A DNA stretch of 32,000 nucleotides, from contig NZ_JASMRZ010000049.1 of NCBI RefSeq assembly GCF_030462475.1, positions 1 to 32,000 of the forward strand. Direction: 5' to 3'. This document shows, piece after piece, positions 14,779-23,265 of the stretch. Positions within the stretch are counted from its first letter, which is position 1. Every line of letters starts with the position of its first letter. The stretch is from Variovorax sp. CAN15 (lineage in GTDB: Bacteria; Pseudomonadota; Gammaproteobacteria; Burkholderiales; Burkholderiaceae_C). Position numbers and translations under genes: made by a program. Below the pieces are notes generated by a model. That model made no database searches. It worked only from the letters and a program-made list of their open reading frames with translations, and was not told where the DNA came from.

Positions 14779-15165
14779 TCAGATGGTTTGCGTGGGGCGG
14801 TCGGAGGCCATCGAGCCGCCGAGCGCCGCTTCGATGCGCGCCTTCAGCTGGCGCGACTTCTCGTCGGAAGGAAAACGGATGCCCACGCCCGGAGCCCGGT
14901 TGCCGGCGGCGCGCGGCGGCGTGATCCAGGCGACCTTGCCGGCCACGGGGTAGCGCTGCGGATCTTCCGGTAGCGTCAGCAGCACGTAGACGTCGTCGCC
15001 CAGGCGGTATTCGCGCGTGGTCGGGATGAAGATGCCGCCCTCCGCGAACAGCGGGATGTAGGCCGCGTACAGCGCGCCCTTTTCCTTGATGGCGAGCTGG
15101 ATGACGCTCGGCCGGGCGGGTGCGGAAGATGCTGCGGGCGCAGCGGATGCGGCAGGTTGGTTCAT
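14779..15165 (-). CDS. pilZ: PilZ-domain protein (type IV pilus assembly PilZ type)
   Basis: 128 aa with LYAAYIPLFAEGGIFIPT...LGDDVYVLLTLPED...GKVAWITP...GVGIRF. The conserved holB-pilZ-tatD context supports the call. Confidence 0.8.
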   Translation of the reverse strand: MNQPAASAAPAASSAPARPSVIQLAIKEKGALYAAYIPLFAEGGIFIPTTREYRLGDDVYVLLTLPEDPQRYPVAGKVAWITPPRAAGNRAPGVGIRFPSDEKSRQLKARIEAALGGSMASDRPTQTI

Positions 15166-16178
15166 GGTCGGCGACGAGCGGCAGAGTTTAGGGTGGTTCG
15201 CGCTTCGCTCACAAGCGCTTCTAGCATGAGGCCCGCGTTGAACGGGTGCTCCGCGGTTCTCGCGGCGCTGGCAAGCGACTTCGACCAGCGCGCGAGCGCC
15301 AGCCGCGGCGGCGCCGCCGGCAGGTCGGCGGCGTCGAAGAAACGGGGCGTCGCGCCGTTGCCGACGGCCATCAGGTCATGGCAGAGCTTCTGCAGAGCGC
15401 CGACGGCCTGTGCAGGCGCGTGATCGGCCAGAGCGCCGACGTCGCCACGCGCCATGGCCTTGGGCAGCAGCGCCCAGGCCTTGGGCGACTGCCCTGCCCG
15501 CGCGAGCCGCAGTGCATCGCTGGGCCGGCCGCCGGCAGCGCGCAGCAAGGCGGCCGCGTCGGCCGCCGGCACGTCCAGCGCGACCAGCCAGGCTTGCGCC
15601 TCGGCGGTTTCGGGCCAGGGCAGCGTGAAACCGAGGCAGCGGCTGCGAATGGTCGGCAGCAGCTGCCAGGCGGCTTCGGTCGCGAGCACGAAACGCACGT
15701 CACCGACAGGCTCTTCGAGCGTTTTCAGCAGCGCATTGGCGGTGATAGTGTTCATGCGCTCCGCCGGATACACCAGCACCACCTTGCCACGTCCACGCGC
15801 GCTGGTGCGCTGGGCAAAGCCGACCGCGTCGCGCATCGCCTCGACGCGGATCTCGCGGCTGGGCTTGCGCTTCTTGTCGTCGATGTCCGCTTGCGCCTTT
15901 TCGTCGAGCGGCCAGCCGAGCTCCTGCATCGCCACCTCGGGCATCAGCACGCAGAGGTCGGCATGCGTGCGCACCTCGATGGCGTGGCAGCTCGGGCAAT
16001 TGCCGCAGGCGGTGCCCTCCTCCGTCGGCTGCTCGCACAGCCAGGCGGAAGCCAGGGCCAGCGCCAGTTCGTACTGGCCGATGCCGGACGGGCCTTGCAG
16101 CAGCCAGGCGTGGCCGCGCTGGCGCAGCAGCTCGGTCAGCGGCCGGCGCAGCCAGGGAGACAGTGCCTCGGCGCTCAT
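15162..16178 (-). CDS. holB: DNA polymerase III subunit delta prime
   Basis: 338 aa with HAWLLQGPSGIGQ (degenerate P-loop), a CGNCPSCH zinc module, KVVLVYPAERMN and the TIRSRC sensor motif. It overlaps the tmk stop (ATGA). Confidence 0.9.
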   Translation of the reverse strand: MSAEALSPWLRRPLTELLRQRGHAWLLQGPSGIGQYELALALASAWLCEQPTEEGTACGNCPSCHAIEVRTHADLCVLMPEVAMQELGWPLDEKAQADIDDKKRKPSREIRVEAMRDAVGFAQRTSARGRGKVVLVYPAERMNTITANALLKTLEEPVGDVRFVLATEAAWQLLPTIRSRCLGFTLPWPETAEAQAWLVALDVPAADAAALLRAAGGRPSDALRLARAGQSPKAWALLPKAMARGDVGALADHAPAQAVGALQKLCHDLMAVGNGATPRFFDAADLPAAPPRLALARWSKSLASAARTAEHPFNAGLMLEALVSEARTTLNSAARRRP

Positions 16179-16831
16179 CAGGCTCGACCTCCGGCCAGCA
16201 CGCCGCGCGCGGTCAGTTCGGACTCGATCTGCTGCCAGACCTGCTCGCGCGTCTGGCTGGCGTCGATGCGCACGAAGCGCGGCGCATCGGCGCTAGCGCG
16301 GTCCGCATAGCCCTGCGCCACGCGACGGAAGAACTCGACCGGCTGGGCCTCGAACTTGTCGGGCACGCGGGCGCCGGCCAGCCGCTGCGCGGCGATCTCG
16401 GGTGCCAGGTCAAACCACAGCGTGATTTGCGGCTGCAGCAGCTTTGGGCTGCCGGCCTGCGCCTGAACCCACTGCTCCAGGGTCGACAGCACGGCGGCGT
16501 CGAAACCGCGCCCCGCGCCCTGGTAGGCGAAGGTGGCGTCGGTGAAACGGTCGCACAGCACCACGTCGCCGCGTGCCAGTGCGGGCTCGACGACCTGCGC
16601 GATGTGATCGCGCCGCGCTGCGAACACCAGCAGCGATTCGGTCAGCGGGTCCATCGGCTTTTCGAGGATCAGCCCCCGCAGCGTTTCAGCCAACGGCGTG
16701 CCGCCGGGTTCGCGGGTGCGGACGACCGTGCGGCCCTGCGCCTTGAACAGCGCCTCCAGCGCATCGAGATGACTCGACTTTCCCGCGCCGTCGATGCCTT
16801 CCAGCGTCAGAAACAAGCCTTGGTCACTCAT
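16178..16831 (-). CDS. tmk: Thymidylate kinase
   Basis: The ATG at 16831 gives [20 protein letters not shown] (P-loop). Other motifs are [21 protein letters not shown] and [15 protein letters not shown]. The start overlaps the mltG stop. Confidence 0.92.
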   Translation of the reverse strand: MSDQGLFLTLEGIDGAGKSSHLDALEALFKAQGRTVVRTREPGGTPLAETLRGLILEKPMDPLTESLLVFAARRDHIAQVVEPALARGDVVLCDRFTDATFAYQGAGRGFDAAVLSTLEQWVQAQAGSPKLLQPQITLWFDLAPEIAAQRLAGARVPDKFEAQPVEFFRRVAQGYADRASADAPRFVRIDASQTREQVWQQIESELTARGVLAGGRA

Positions 16832-17853
16832 TGGGTCGTCGCCTTCGGTCTGGAATCGCCGCCGCCGCGCTGGTAGCGGTTGACCGCACGGTTGTGGTCG
16901 TTGAGCGAGCTGCTGAACTGGCTGGTGCCGTCGCCGCGCGACACGAAATACAGCGATTTGCTTTGCGCCGGCTGCACCGCAGCCAGCAGCGCCGCCTTGC
17001 CCGGCATGGAAATCGGCGTGGGCGGCAGGCCGCCGCGCGTGTAGGTGTTCCACGGCGTGTCGGTCTGCAGGTCTTTCTTGCGCAGGTTGCCGTCGAAGGC
17101 GGTGCCCATGCCGTAGATGACGGTCGGGTCGGTCTGCAGCGGCATGCCGATGCGCAGGCGGTTGGCGAACACTGCTGCGATTTCCGCCCGGTCGTTGGCC
17201 TTTCCTGTCTCCTTTTCGACAATACTGGCCAGAACAAGCGCCTCATCGGCCGATTTCAGCGGCAAGTCGGAGGCGCGGGCGGCCCAGGCGGCTTCGAGCT
17301 TCTTGTCCATGGCGCGCATCGCGCGCTGCAGCAGGGCGATGTCGGTCGAGCCCTTCGAATAGGTATAGGTGTCCGGGAAGAATCGGCCTTCAGGATGCAC
17401 GCCCGGCCTTCCCAGCTTGGCCATCAGCGCCTCGTCGGTGATGCCCACGCTCTCCGGCTTGAGCTGGTCGGCCTTGGCGAGCGCAGCGCGCACCTGGCGG
17501 AAGTTCCAGCCTTCCACCAATACAAGGCTTCGCGTGGCCTCCTCGCCGCGCACCAGGATGCTGAGCAGAAGCTTGGGCGTGACGCCGCGTTCCAGCTCGT
17601 AGCTGCCGGCGCGCATCTGGCGGTCTTGCCCGGAAATGCGGAACCACAGGTAGAGGAGTTGAGGCTGGACGTCGACGCCGGTATCGGCCACCGCCTGGGC
17701 AATGCCGCGCGGCGTGGTGCCGGGTTCGACCGACAGGTCGACGCTGGGCGCGGGCAGCTTGAGCGGCTGGTGCACCCACCAGAGGCCGGCGCCGCCGAGC
17801 GCGAGCGCGACCAGGGCGGCGAGCAGGAAAAGCGTGAGGAAGAAGCTGCGCAC
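16828..17853 (-). CDS. mltG: Endolytic murein transglycosylase MltG (YceG family)
   Basis: GTG start, an N-terminal TM segment, then YceG motifs ([61 protein letters not shown]). Confidence 0.9.
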   Translation of the reverse strand: MRSFFLTLFLLAALVALALGGAGLWWVHQPLKLPAPSVDLSVEPGTTPRGIAQAVADTGVDVQPQLLYLWFRISGQDRQMRAGSYELERGVTPKLLLSILVRGEEATRSLVLVEGWNFRQVRAALAKADQLKPESVGITDEALMAKLGRPGVHPEGRFFPDTYTYSKGSTDIALLQRAMRAMDKKLEAAWAARASDLPLKSADEALVLASIVEKETGKANDRAEIAAVFANRLRIGMPLQTDPTVIYGMGTAFDGNLRKKDLQTDTPWNTYTRGGLPPTPISMPGKAALLAAVQPAQSKSLYFVSRGDGTSQFSSSLNDHNRAVNRYQRGGGDSRPKATTQ

Positions 17854-17978
17854 GGATGCGATGTGAGGATGACGGAGGAAAACAGGAGGCTGTTAACGAA
17901 AAATCGGTGCCCTTGCGAACCGCAGGGCTGGAGGCCCTGCCGCCCCGAAGGAACAGGCCCGGCCATGATAATTCAGCG

Positions 17979-18905
17979 ATGACCACTGTCGTTCTCAATG
18001 GGGTGACCGCCCTCTCCCATCTCGGCGTGATCCGCGCCGAAGGTCCGGACGCCGCGAGTTTCCTTCACGGCCAGCTCACACAGGACTTCTCCCTCCTCGG
18101 CGCCTCCGACGCCCGCCTTGCCGCCCTTTGCACCGCGAAGGGCCGTGTGATCGCGAGTTTCCTCGGCATCAAGCCGCAACCTGAGCTGATCCTGCTGGTG
18201 TGCAGCCGCGACATCCTCGCCGCCACGCTCAAGCGGCTGTCCATGTACGTACTGCGCGCCAAGGTCAAGCTGACTGATGCGACCGAGCAGGTCGCCCTCT
18301 ACGGCCTGGCCGGCACCGCGCTCACCGCCAACGGGCTCGATGCGGCTGCCCAGCCCGGCAAGCGCACGGCCGTCGGCGATGAAGTCAGCGCCGTATCGCT
18401 CTACCCCGCCGACGGCGTTCCGCGCGCGCTGTGGATCGCCCCGGCCGGCCACGCGGCGCCCGCGGGCCCGGCCCTGGACGACAACCTCTGGCAGTGGAGC
18501 GAGGTTCGCAGCGGCATCGTGACCCTGACCACGCCGATCATCGACGCCTTCGTGCCGCAGATGATCAACTACGAATCCGTGGGAGGGGTGAATTTCAAGA
18601 AGGGCTGCTATCCCGGCCAGGAAGTGGTCGCGCGAAGCCAGTTCCGCGGCACGCTGAAGCGGCGCACCTATCTCGTCCAGGCCGATGCGCCGGTGTCCGT
18701 GGGGCAGGAAGTGTTCGCTGCCGGCGACGCCGAACAGCCTGTCGGCACCGTGGCGCAGGCCGCGCCGGCCCCCGATGGCGGCTGGTCCGCGCTGATCTCC
18801 ATGCAGATCGCCGCGCTGGAGGCTGGTGGCCTGCGCGCGGGTGCGGCCGACGGCCCGGTGCTCACGGTCGAGCCACTGCCCTATCCGCTGCTCGAAGACA
18901 TCTGA
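17979..18905 (+). CDS. ygfZ: Folate-binding Fe-S cluster repair/tRNA-modification protein YgfZ
   Basis: The ATG at 17979 gives MTTVVLNGVTALSHLGVIRAEGPDAASFLHGQLTQD. The signature KGCYPGQE motif is present. Confidence 0.85.
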   Translation: MTTVVLNGVTALSHLGVIRAEGPDAASFLHGQLTQDFSLLGASDARLAALCTAKGRVIASFLGIKPQPELILLVCSRDILAATLKRLSMYVLRAKVKLTDATEQVALYGLAGTALTANGLDAAAQPGKRTAVGDEVSAVSLYPADGVPRALWIAPAGHAAPAGPALDDNLWQWSEVRSGIVTLTTPIIDAFVPQMINYESVGGVNFKKGCYPGQEVVARSQFRGTLKRRTYLVQADAPVSVGQEVFAAGDAEQPVGTVAQAAPAPDGGWSALISMQIAALEAGGLRAGAADGPVLTVEPLPYPLLEDI

Positions 18906-18947
18906 GCCTGCGCTCCCCTTACCCCCAACGCCCCTGAAAGCGGCGTT

Positions 18948-18979
18948 TGGCGCTATCGAACAGATGGCGCCATTTTTTT
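18948..18979 (+). terminator. Intrinsic terminator-like hairpin after ygfZ
   Basis: TGGCGC (18948-18953) pairs with GCGCCA (18967-18972), followed by TTTTTTT (18973-18979). The loop is long (13 nt). Confidence 0.45.
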
Positions 18980-19055
18980 GCGCGTCTTTTAACCCCGTTG
19001 TCGCTGCTGGCCCGTGCAGGCCTTCACCGATCAACTCCGGCAAGGAAGACACATC

Positions 19056-19994
19056 ATGAAGCGCAGACTTTTTTCCACCGTCCTGGCCGTGACCGCCATG
19101 ACTGCCGTGGCCTCGCTCCCGGTCCGCGCGCAGACCTCGGAACGACCCTATGTTCCGTCCACCCCTTCCAGCCGCATCGGTTCGCTGATGCAGGTCAGCG
19201 TGGTCGACCGCGGCACCGGCGCGGAGCTGCCTATCTACCGCCATCGCGGCGAATACTGGGTGGCCGGCCGTCCTGGCGCGCGCTATGCCATCCGGGCGCG
19301 CAACGCGATGGGCGAGCGCATCATGGCCGTGATGTCCGTGGACGGCGTCAACGTGGTCACGGGCGAAACCGCTGGCGTCGGGCAGAACGGCTACGTCTTC
19401 AGCGCCCGCGAGCGCAGCGACATCACCGGCTGGCGCAAGAGCGATTCGCAGATCGCCGCCTTCGAGTTCGCCGCGGCCGGAAATTCCTATGCAAGCCGCA
19501 CCGGCCGGCCCGACGATGTGGGTGTGATCGGCGTCGCGATGTTCCGCGAGCGCATGCCCGAGCCGCCGCCTCCGCCGGTCACGCCGTTCCCGCGCCGCGA
19601 CGACCATGGTGGATACGGCCCCGAACGCGAGCGCCGCAGCGAATCGTCGTCGTACCAGGGCGACGCGCGGGCCAAGGCAGGCGCAGCCGACAACGCCGCT
19701 CCCGCTGCGGCCGCCGAATCTTCCGGCAGCCTGGCACGCCAATCCGCGCCCAGCCCAAGCCTGGGCACCGCTCACGGCCGCCGCGAAACCTCGTACGTTG
19801 GCAAGACGACTTTCGAGCGCGCCCAGCCGTCGCCGGACGAGGTGGTCCGCATCCGCTACGACAGCCGCGAGAACCTCGTGGCTGCAGGCGTGATCCCGGT
19901 GCCGCCCCCGCCGCGTTGGCCGCGTCCCGCGGGTCCGTCGCCGTTCCCCGGCTCGGACCCGGGCTACGTGCCCGATCCTCCGAGCCGCTACTGA
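19056..19994 (+). CDS. Secreted hypothetical protein with a Pro-rich, low-complexity C-terminal half
   Basis: The ATG at 19056 follows AAGGAAG. The signal peptide is MKRRLFSTVLAVTAMTAVASLPVRA. A globular N-terminal region is followed by PEPPPPPV and PVPPPPRWPRP tracts. No family recognised. Confidence 0.6.
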   Translation: MKRRLFSTVLAVTAMTAVASLPVRAQTSERPYVPSTPSSRIGSLMQVSVVDRGTGAELPIYRHRGEYWVAGRPGARYAIRARNAMGERIMAVMSVDGVNVVTGETAGVGQNGYVFSARERSDITGWRKSDSQIAAFEFAAAGNSYASRTGRPDDVGVIGVAMFRERMPEPPPPPVTPFPRRDDHGGYGPERERRSESSSYQGDARAKAGAADNAAPAAAAESSGSLARQSAPSPSLGTAHGRRETSYVGKTTFERAQPSPDEVVRIRYDSRENLVAAGVIPVPPPPRWPRPAGPSPFPGSDPGYVPDPPSRY

Positions 19995-20887
19995 GAGGAA
20001 GAAGAGGACCGAAGCGGCCGGCGCATCTCGATATGCGGAATGCCGGCCTCCTCGAAGCCGTCCCCGTGCGGCACATAGCCCAGCCGCGCATAGAAGCGCT
20101 CCGCACTGCGCTGCGCATTCAGCGCGACCACGCTGGCGCCGCGCTCCCTGGCGACGTCTTCCAGCGCCTGCATCACCGCCGCGCCATGGCCGCCGCTGCG
20201 CAGGTTGCGGTGCACCGCAACGCGGCCGATGTGCGAGATGCCGTTCTCTGCCGGCAGCAGCCGGGCCGTGGCGATGACCTGCCCCAGCCGGTTGCGCGCC
20301 ACCGCATGCAGCACCACCGCGTCCTGCTCGTCCCATTCCAGCGCCTCGGGAATGTTCTGCTCCTCGATGAACACCGCGCGCCGCAATGCGCCGGCGCCTT
20401 CGCCCAGCGTGGCCCAGTCGCCCGTCTCGATGGTGCGCATGGCCTCGCCGGCTTCATAGCCCAGCAGCACCTCGCGCAGCGCCGGCGGCACCGGCTTCGA
20501 GGTCTGCGTCGCCGGATCGGCGAACACATAGACCAGTTCGCAGCCGACCAGGAACTGGTCCTGCCGGAACAGCCCGCCTTCGAACACGATCGACGAGTTG
20601 CCGATGCGCACGCAGCGCATGCCCACGTCGAGCACGTCGTCGATGCGCGCCGAAGCCCGGAAATCGACAGTCGCCTTGCGCACGTACAGGTCGCCGCCCA
20701 TCGCGTGCATCGACTCCTCGTACGGCAGCGCCAGCGCGCGCCAGTAGTCGGCGATGGCGGTGTCGAAGTACATCAGGTAGTGGGCGTTGAAGACGATCTT
20801 CTGCATGTCGACTTCGGCCCAGCGCACGCGCAGGCGGTGGAAGAAACGGAAGTCCTTGCGTTCGGTAGCTGTTGTCGTGTTGCTCAT
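19988..20887 (-). CDS. Fusion of 4HBT/YbgC-type acyl-CoA thioesterase and GNAT N-acetyltransferase
   Basis: The ATG at 20887 starts the ORF. The N-terminal half is hotdog-fold thioesterase-like (FFHRLRVRWAEVDMQKIVFNAHYLMYFD). The C-terminal half is GNAT-like (IGRVAVHRNLRSGGHGAAVMQALE...RFYARLGY). The track start at 21073 runs into the upstream gene. Confidence 0.8.
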   Translation of the reverse strand: MSNTTTATERKDFRFFHRLRVRWAEVDMQKIVFNAHYLMYFDTAIADYWRALALPYEESMHAMGGDLYVRKATVDFRASARIDDVLDVGMRCVRIGNSSIVFEGGLFRQDQFLVGCELVYVFADPATQTSKPVPPALREVLLGYEAGEAMRTIETGDWATLGEGAGALRRAVFIEEQNIPEALEWDEQDAVVLHAVARNRLGQVIATARLLPAENGISHIGRVAVHRNLRSGGHGAAVMQALEDVARERGASVVALNAQRSAERFYARLGYVPHGDGFEEAGIPHIEMRRPLRSSSSSQ

Positions 20888-21870
20888 GGTGTCAGCAGTG
20901 CCTCCTTGACTGCCCGGGCCGCGTCGTCCTGCGCCTGCAGCGCCTCCGGAATCGCCCGGCCCATCTTGATGAATTCGTGGATCACGCCCCGGTAGATCTC
21001 CAGGTCGACCGGCACGCCCGCCGCGCGCAGCTTGTCGGCGTAGGCGATGCCTTCGTCGACCACCGGGTCGCACTCGGCCAAACCGATCCAGGCCGGCGCC
21101 ACGCCGTCGACGTCATCGGCCAGCAGCGGCGCGAAGCGCCAGTCGTCACGGTCGGCCGGGGTGTTCACGTACTGTGCGAAGAAGAAATCGATCATCGCCT
21201 TGGTCAGCAGCGGTCCGTCGACGTGGCGCAGGTGCGAGGCCGTGTCCTGGTGCGCGGTGGTGCCGGGGTAGATCAGCATCTGCAGCGAGAGCGGCAGGCC
21301 CGCGTCGCGCGCGAGGATGGCACAGACGGCCGCGAGCGTGCCGCCCGCGCTGTCGCCGCCCACCGCCAGCCTCGAGGGGTCGAGGCCCAGGCTTGCGCCC
21401 CCCTTCGAGATGAACTGGAAGGCGTCCCACGCATCGTTCGATGCGGTCGGAAACTTGTGCGCGGGGGCCAGCCGGTAGTCCACGGAGATCACCGCGCAGC
21501 CGCTCTTCGTGCTCAGCACGCGGCACAGCGTGTCGTGCGTGCGGATGTTGCCGACGGTGAAGCCGCCCCCGTGGAAATAGATCAGCACCGGCAGCACCTC
21601 CGATGAAGGTGCGTAGAGGCGTGCGGGAAGCGCATGGCCATCACGGGCAGCGATGCTGAAGTCTTCGATGCGCGCCAGTTCGGGCTTCGGCACTTCGAGC
21701 ACGCCGGCGCCCTTTTCGTAGGAGGCCTTGGCTTCTTCGGGCGTCTGCCTGTCGAGCGGCGGGTGACCCGCGCGGGCCATGCGTTCGACGACGCTGGCCA
21801 TCTTCGGCGTGAGCCGGGTGCCGCTCAGTGTTCCGGGCGCGACAGCGGCAAGGGTTTCTTTCGTGTGCAA
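20884..21870 (-). CDS. Alpha/beta hydrolase, hormone-sensitive-lipase-type esterase
   Basis: HGGGF oxyanion motif (IYFHGGGFTVGN) and GDSAGG nucleophile elbow. Its stop overlaps the start of the next gene. Confidence 0.85.
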   Translation of the reverse strand: MHTKETLAAVAPGTLSGTRLTPKMASVVERMARAGHPPLDRQTPEEAKASYEKGAGVLEVPKPELARIEDFSIAARDGHALPARLYAPSSEVLPVLIYFHGGGFTVGNIRTHDTLCRVLSTKSGCAVISVDYRLAPAHKFPTASNDAWDAFQFISKGGASLGLDPSRLAVGGDSAGGTLAAVCAILARDAGLPLSLQMLIYPGTTAHQDTASHLRHVDGPLLTKAMIDFFFAQYVNTPADRDDWRFAPLLADDVDGVAPAWIGLAECDPVVDEGIAYADKLRAAGVPVDLEIYRGVIHEFIKMGRAIPEALQAQDDAARAVKEALLTP

Positions 21871-21944
21871 GACGGTTCGCTCTTGTTAGATTTGGCTGGT
21901 CGGCAATCGTACTGCCCCGTGCCTACCGGGACATCCCCACATCC

Positions 21945-23081
21945 ATGGCCCTCATCCAATACCTCACCCAGATCCAGTTCGAATTCGGCGCGATCAAGCT
22001 GTTGTCCAGCGAATGCGCGCGCATCGGCATCAACCGTCCGCTGATCGTGACCGATGCCGGCGTGCGCGCGGCAGGCGTGCTGCAGAAGGCGCTCGACGCC
22101 ATCGCCGACCTCGAAGTCACGGTCTTCGACCAGACGCCCTCCAACCCCACCGAAGCCGCGGTGCGCGCGGCAGTGGAGCTCTATCGCAGCGGCCGCTGCG
22201 ATGGCCTGATCGCCGTGGGCGGCGGCTCCGCCATCGACTGCGCCAAGGGCGTCGCCATCGCGGCCACGCACGAGGGGCCGCTCAAGACCTACGCCACCAT
22301 CGAAGGCGGCTCGCCGCGCATCACCGAGCGCGTTGTGCCGCTGATCGCGGTGCCCACCACCAGCGGCACGGGCAGCGAAGTGGCGCGCGGCGCGATCGTC
22401 ATCGTCGACGACCACCGCAAGCTTGGCTTCCACAGCTGGTTCCTGATGCCCAAGGCCGCGATCTGCGACCCCGAGCTCACGCTGGGCCTGCCGCCGAGGC
22501 TCACGGCCGCCACCGGCATGGACGCGATCGCGCACTGCATGGAAACCTTCATGTCGGCCGCGTTCAATCCGCCGGCCGACGGCATCGGCCTCGATGGGTT
22601 AGAGCGCGCGTGGGGCCACATCGAACGCGCGACGAAGGACGGCAGCGACCGCGAGGCGCGCCTGAACCTCATGAGCGCGTCGATGCAGGGTGCCATGGCC
22701 TTCCAGAAGGGCCTGGGCTGCGTGCATTCGCTGAGCCACAGCCTGGGCGGCGTCGATCCGCGACTGCATCACGGCACGCTCAACGCCCTCTTCCTGCCGG
22801 CGGTGATCCACTTCAATGCAGGCGCCGAGTCGGTGCAGAAGGAGCAGCGCCTGCAGCGCATGGCGCAGGCCATGCACCTTGATTCGGCCGGCGATCTCGG
22901 CGATGCGATCCGCGACATGAACGCGCGCCTGGGCCTGCCCAAGGGCCTGGCCGAAGTGGGCGTGACGTCCGCGATGTTCGAGCAGATCATCGACGGCGCC
23001 ATGGCCGACCATTGCCACAAGACCAACCCGCGCCTGGCCACTAGAGACGACTACAAGACGATGCTCGAAGCCTCGATGTAA
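21945..23081 (+). CDS. Iron-containing (group III) alcohol dehydrogenase, 4-hydroxybutyrate dehydrogenase (Gbd)-like
   Basis: The ATG at 21945 starts the ORF. Motifs are GGGSAIDCAKG, VPTTSGTGSEV, GMDAIAHCMET and HSLSHSLGG. Overall it resembles Gbd-type enzymes of Burkholderiales, judged from memory rather than by search. Confidence 0.85.
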   Translation: MALIQYLTQIQFEFGAIKLLSSECARIGINRPLIVTDAGVRAAGVLQKALDAIADLEVTVFDQTPSNPTEAAVRAAVELYRSGRCDGLIAVGGGSAIDCAKGVAIAATHEGPLKTYATIEGGSPRITERVVPLIAVPTTSGTGSEVARGAIVIVDDHRKLGFHSWFLMPKAAICDPELTLGLPPRLTAATGMDAIAHCMETFMSAAFNPPADGIGLDGLERAWGHIERATKDGSDREARLNLMSASMQGAMAFQKGLGCVHSLSHSLGGVDPRLHHGTLNALFLPAVIHFNAGAESVQKEQRLQRMAQAMHLDSAGDLGDAIRDMNARLGLPKGLAEVGVTSAMFEQIIDGAMADHCHKTNPRLATRDDYKTMLEASM

Positions 23082-23265
23082 GGCTCGCGCAAGAAGCCTG
23101 TAAGGGCTTCTTCTACACATTGTTTTCGTGAGCTTTCCGAGGAGTGCTTCAGAGGGGAAAACGGCCCTCTCGCACCCCTCGCGTCATTTATGTGACATAA
23201 GGGATTTCTAGACTGTCACCGAAGGTTTCCCAGCCGCGGAAACCCAAGGGTCAGGGAAGTTCCGA

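Noticed and set aside
15246-17982. ORFs 15246-16310 (+) and 16831-17982 (+) opposite holB/tmk/mltG
   Set aside because: They are antisense to genes with clear P-loop, TIRSRC and YceG motifs, and their composition is Arg/Gly/Ala-rich.
17973-20995. 787-aa (-) and 682-aa (+) ORFs spanning ygfZ, the secreted protein gene and the thioesterase-GNAT gene
   Set aside because: They cross intergenic regions and a terminator. Their composition is biased, and they conflict with three well-supported genes, one carrying the KGCYPGQE motif.
23082-23265. Sigma-54 promoter or Fur box upstream of vgrG
   Set aside because: No TGGCAC-N5-TTGC-like element or GATAATGATAATCATTATC-like sequence is visible. Only the palindrome and the hairpin reported above are present.
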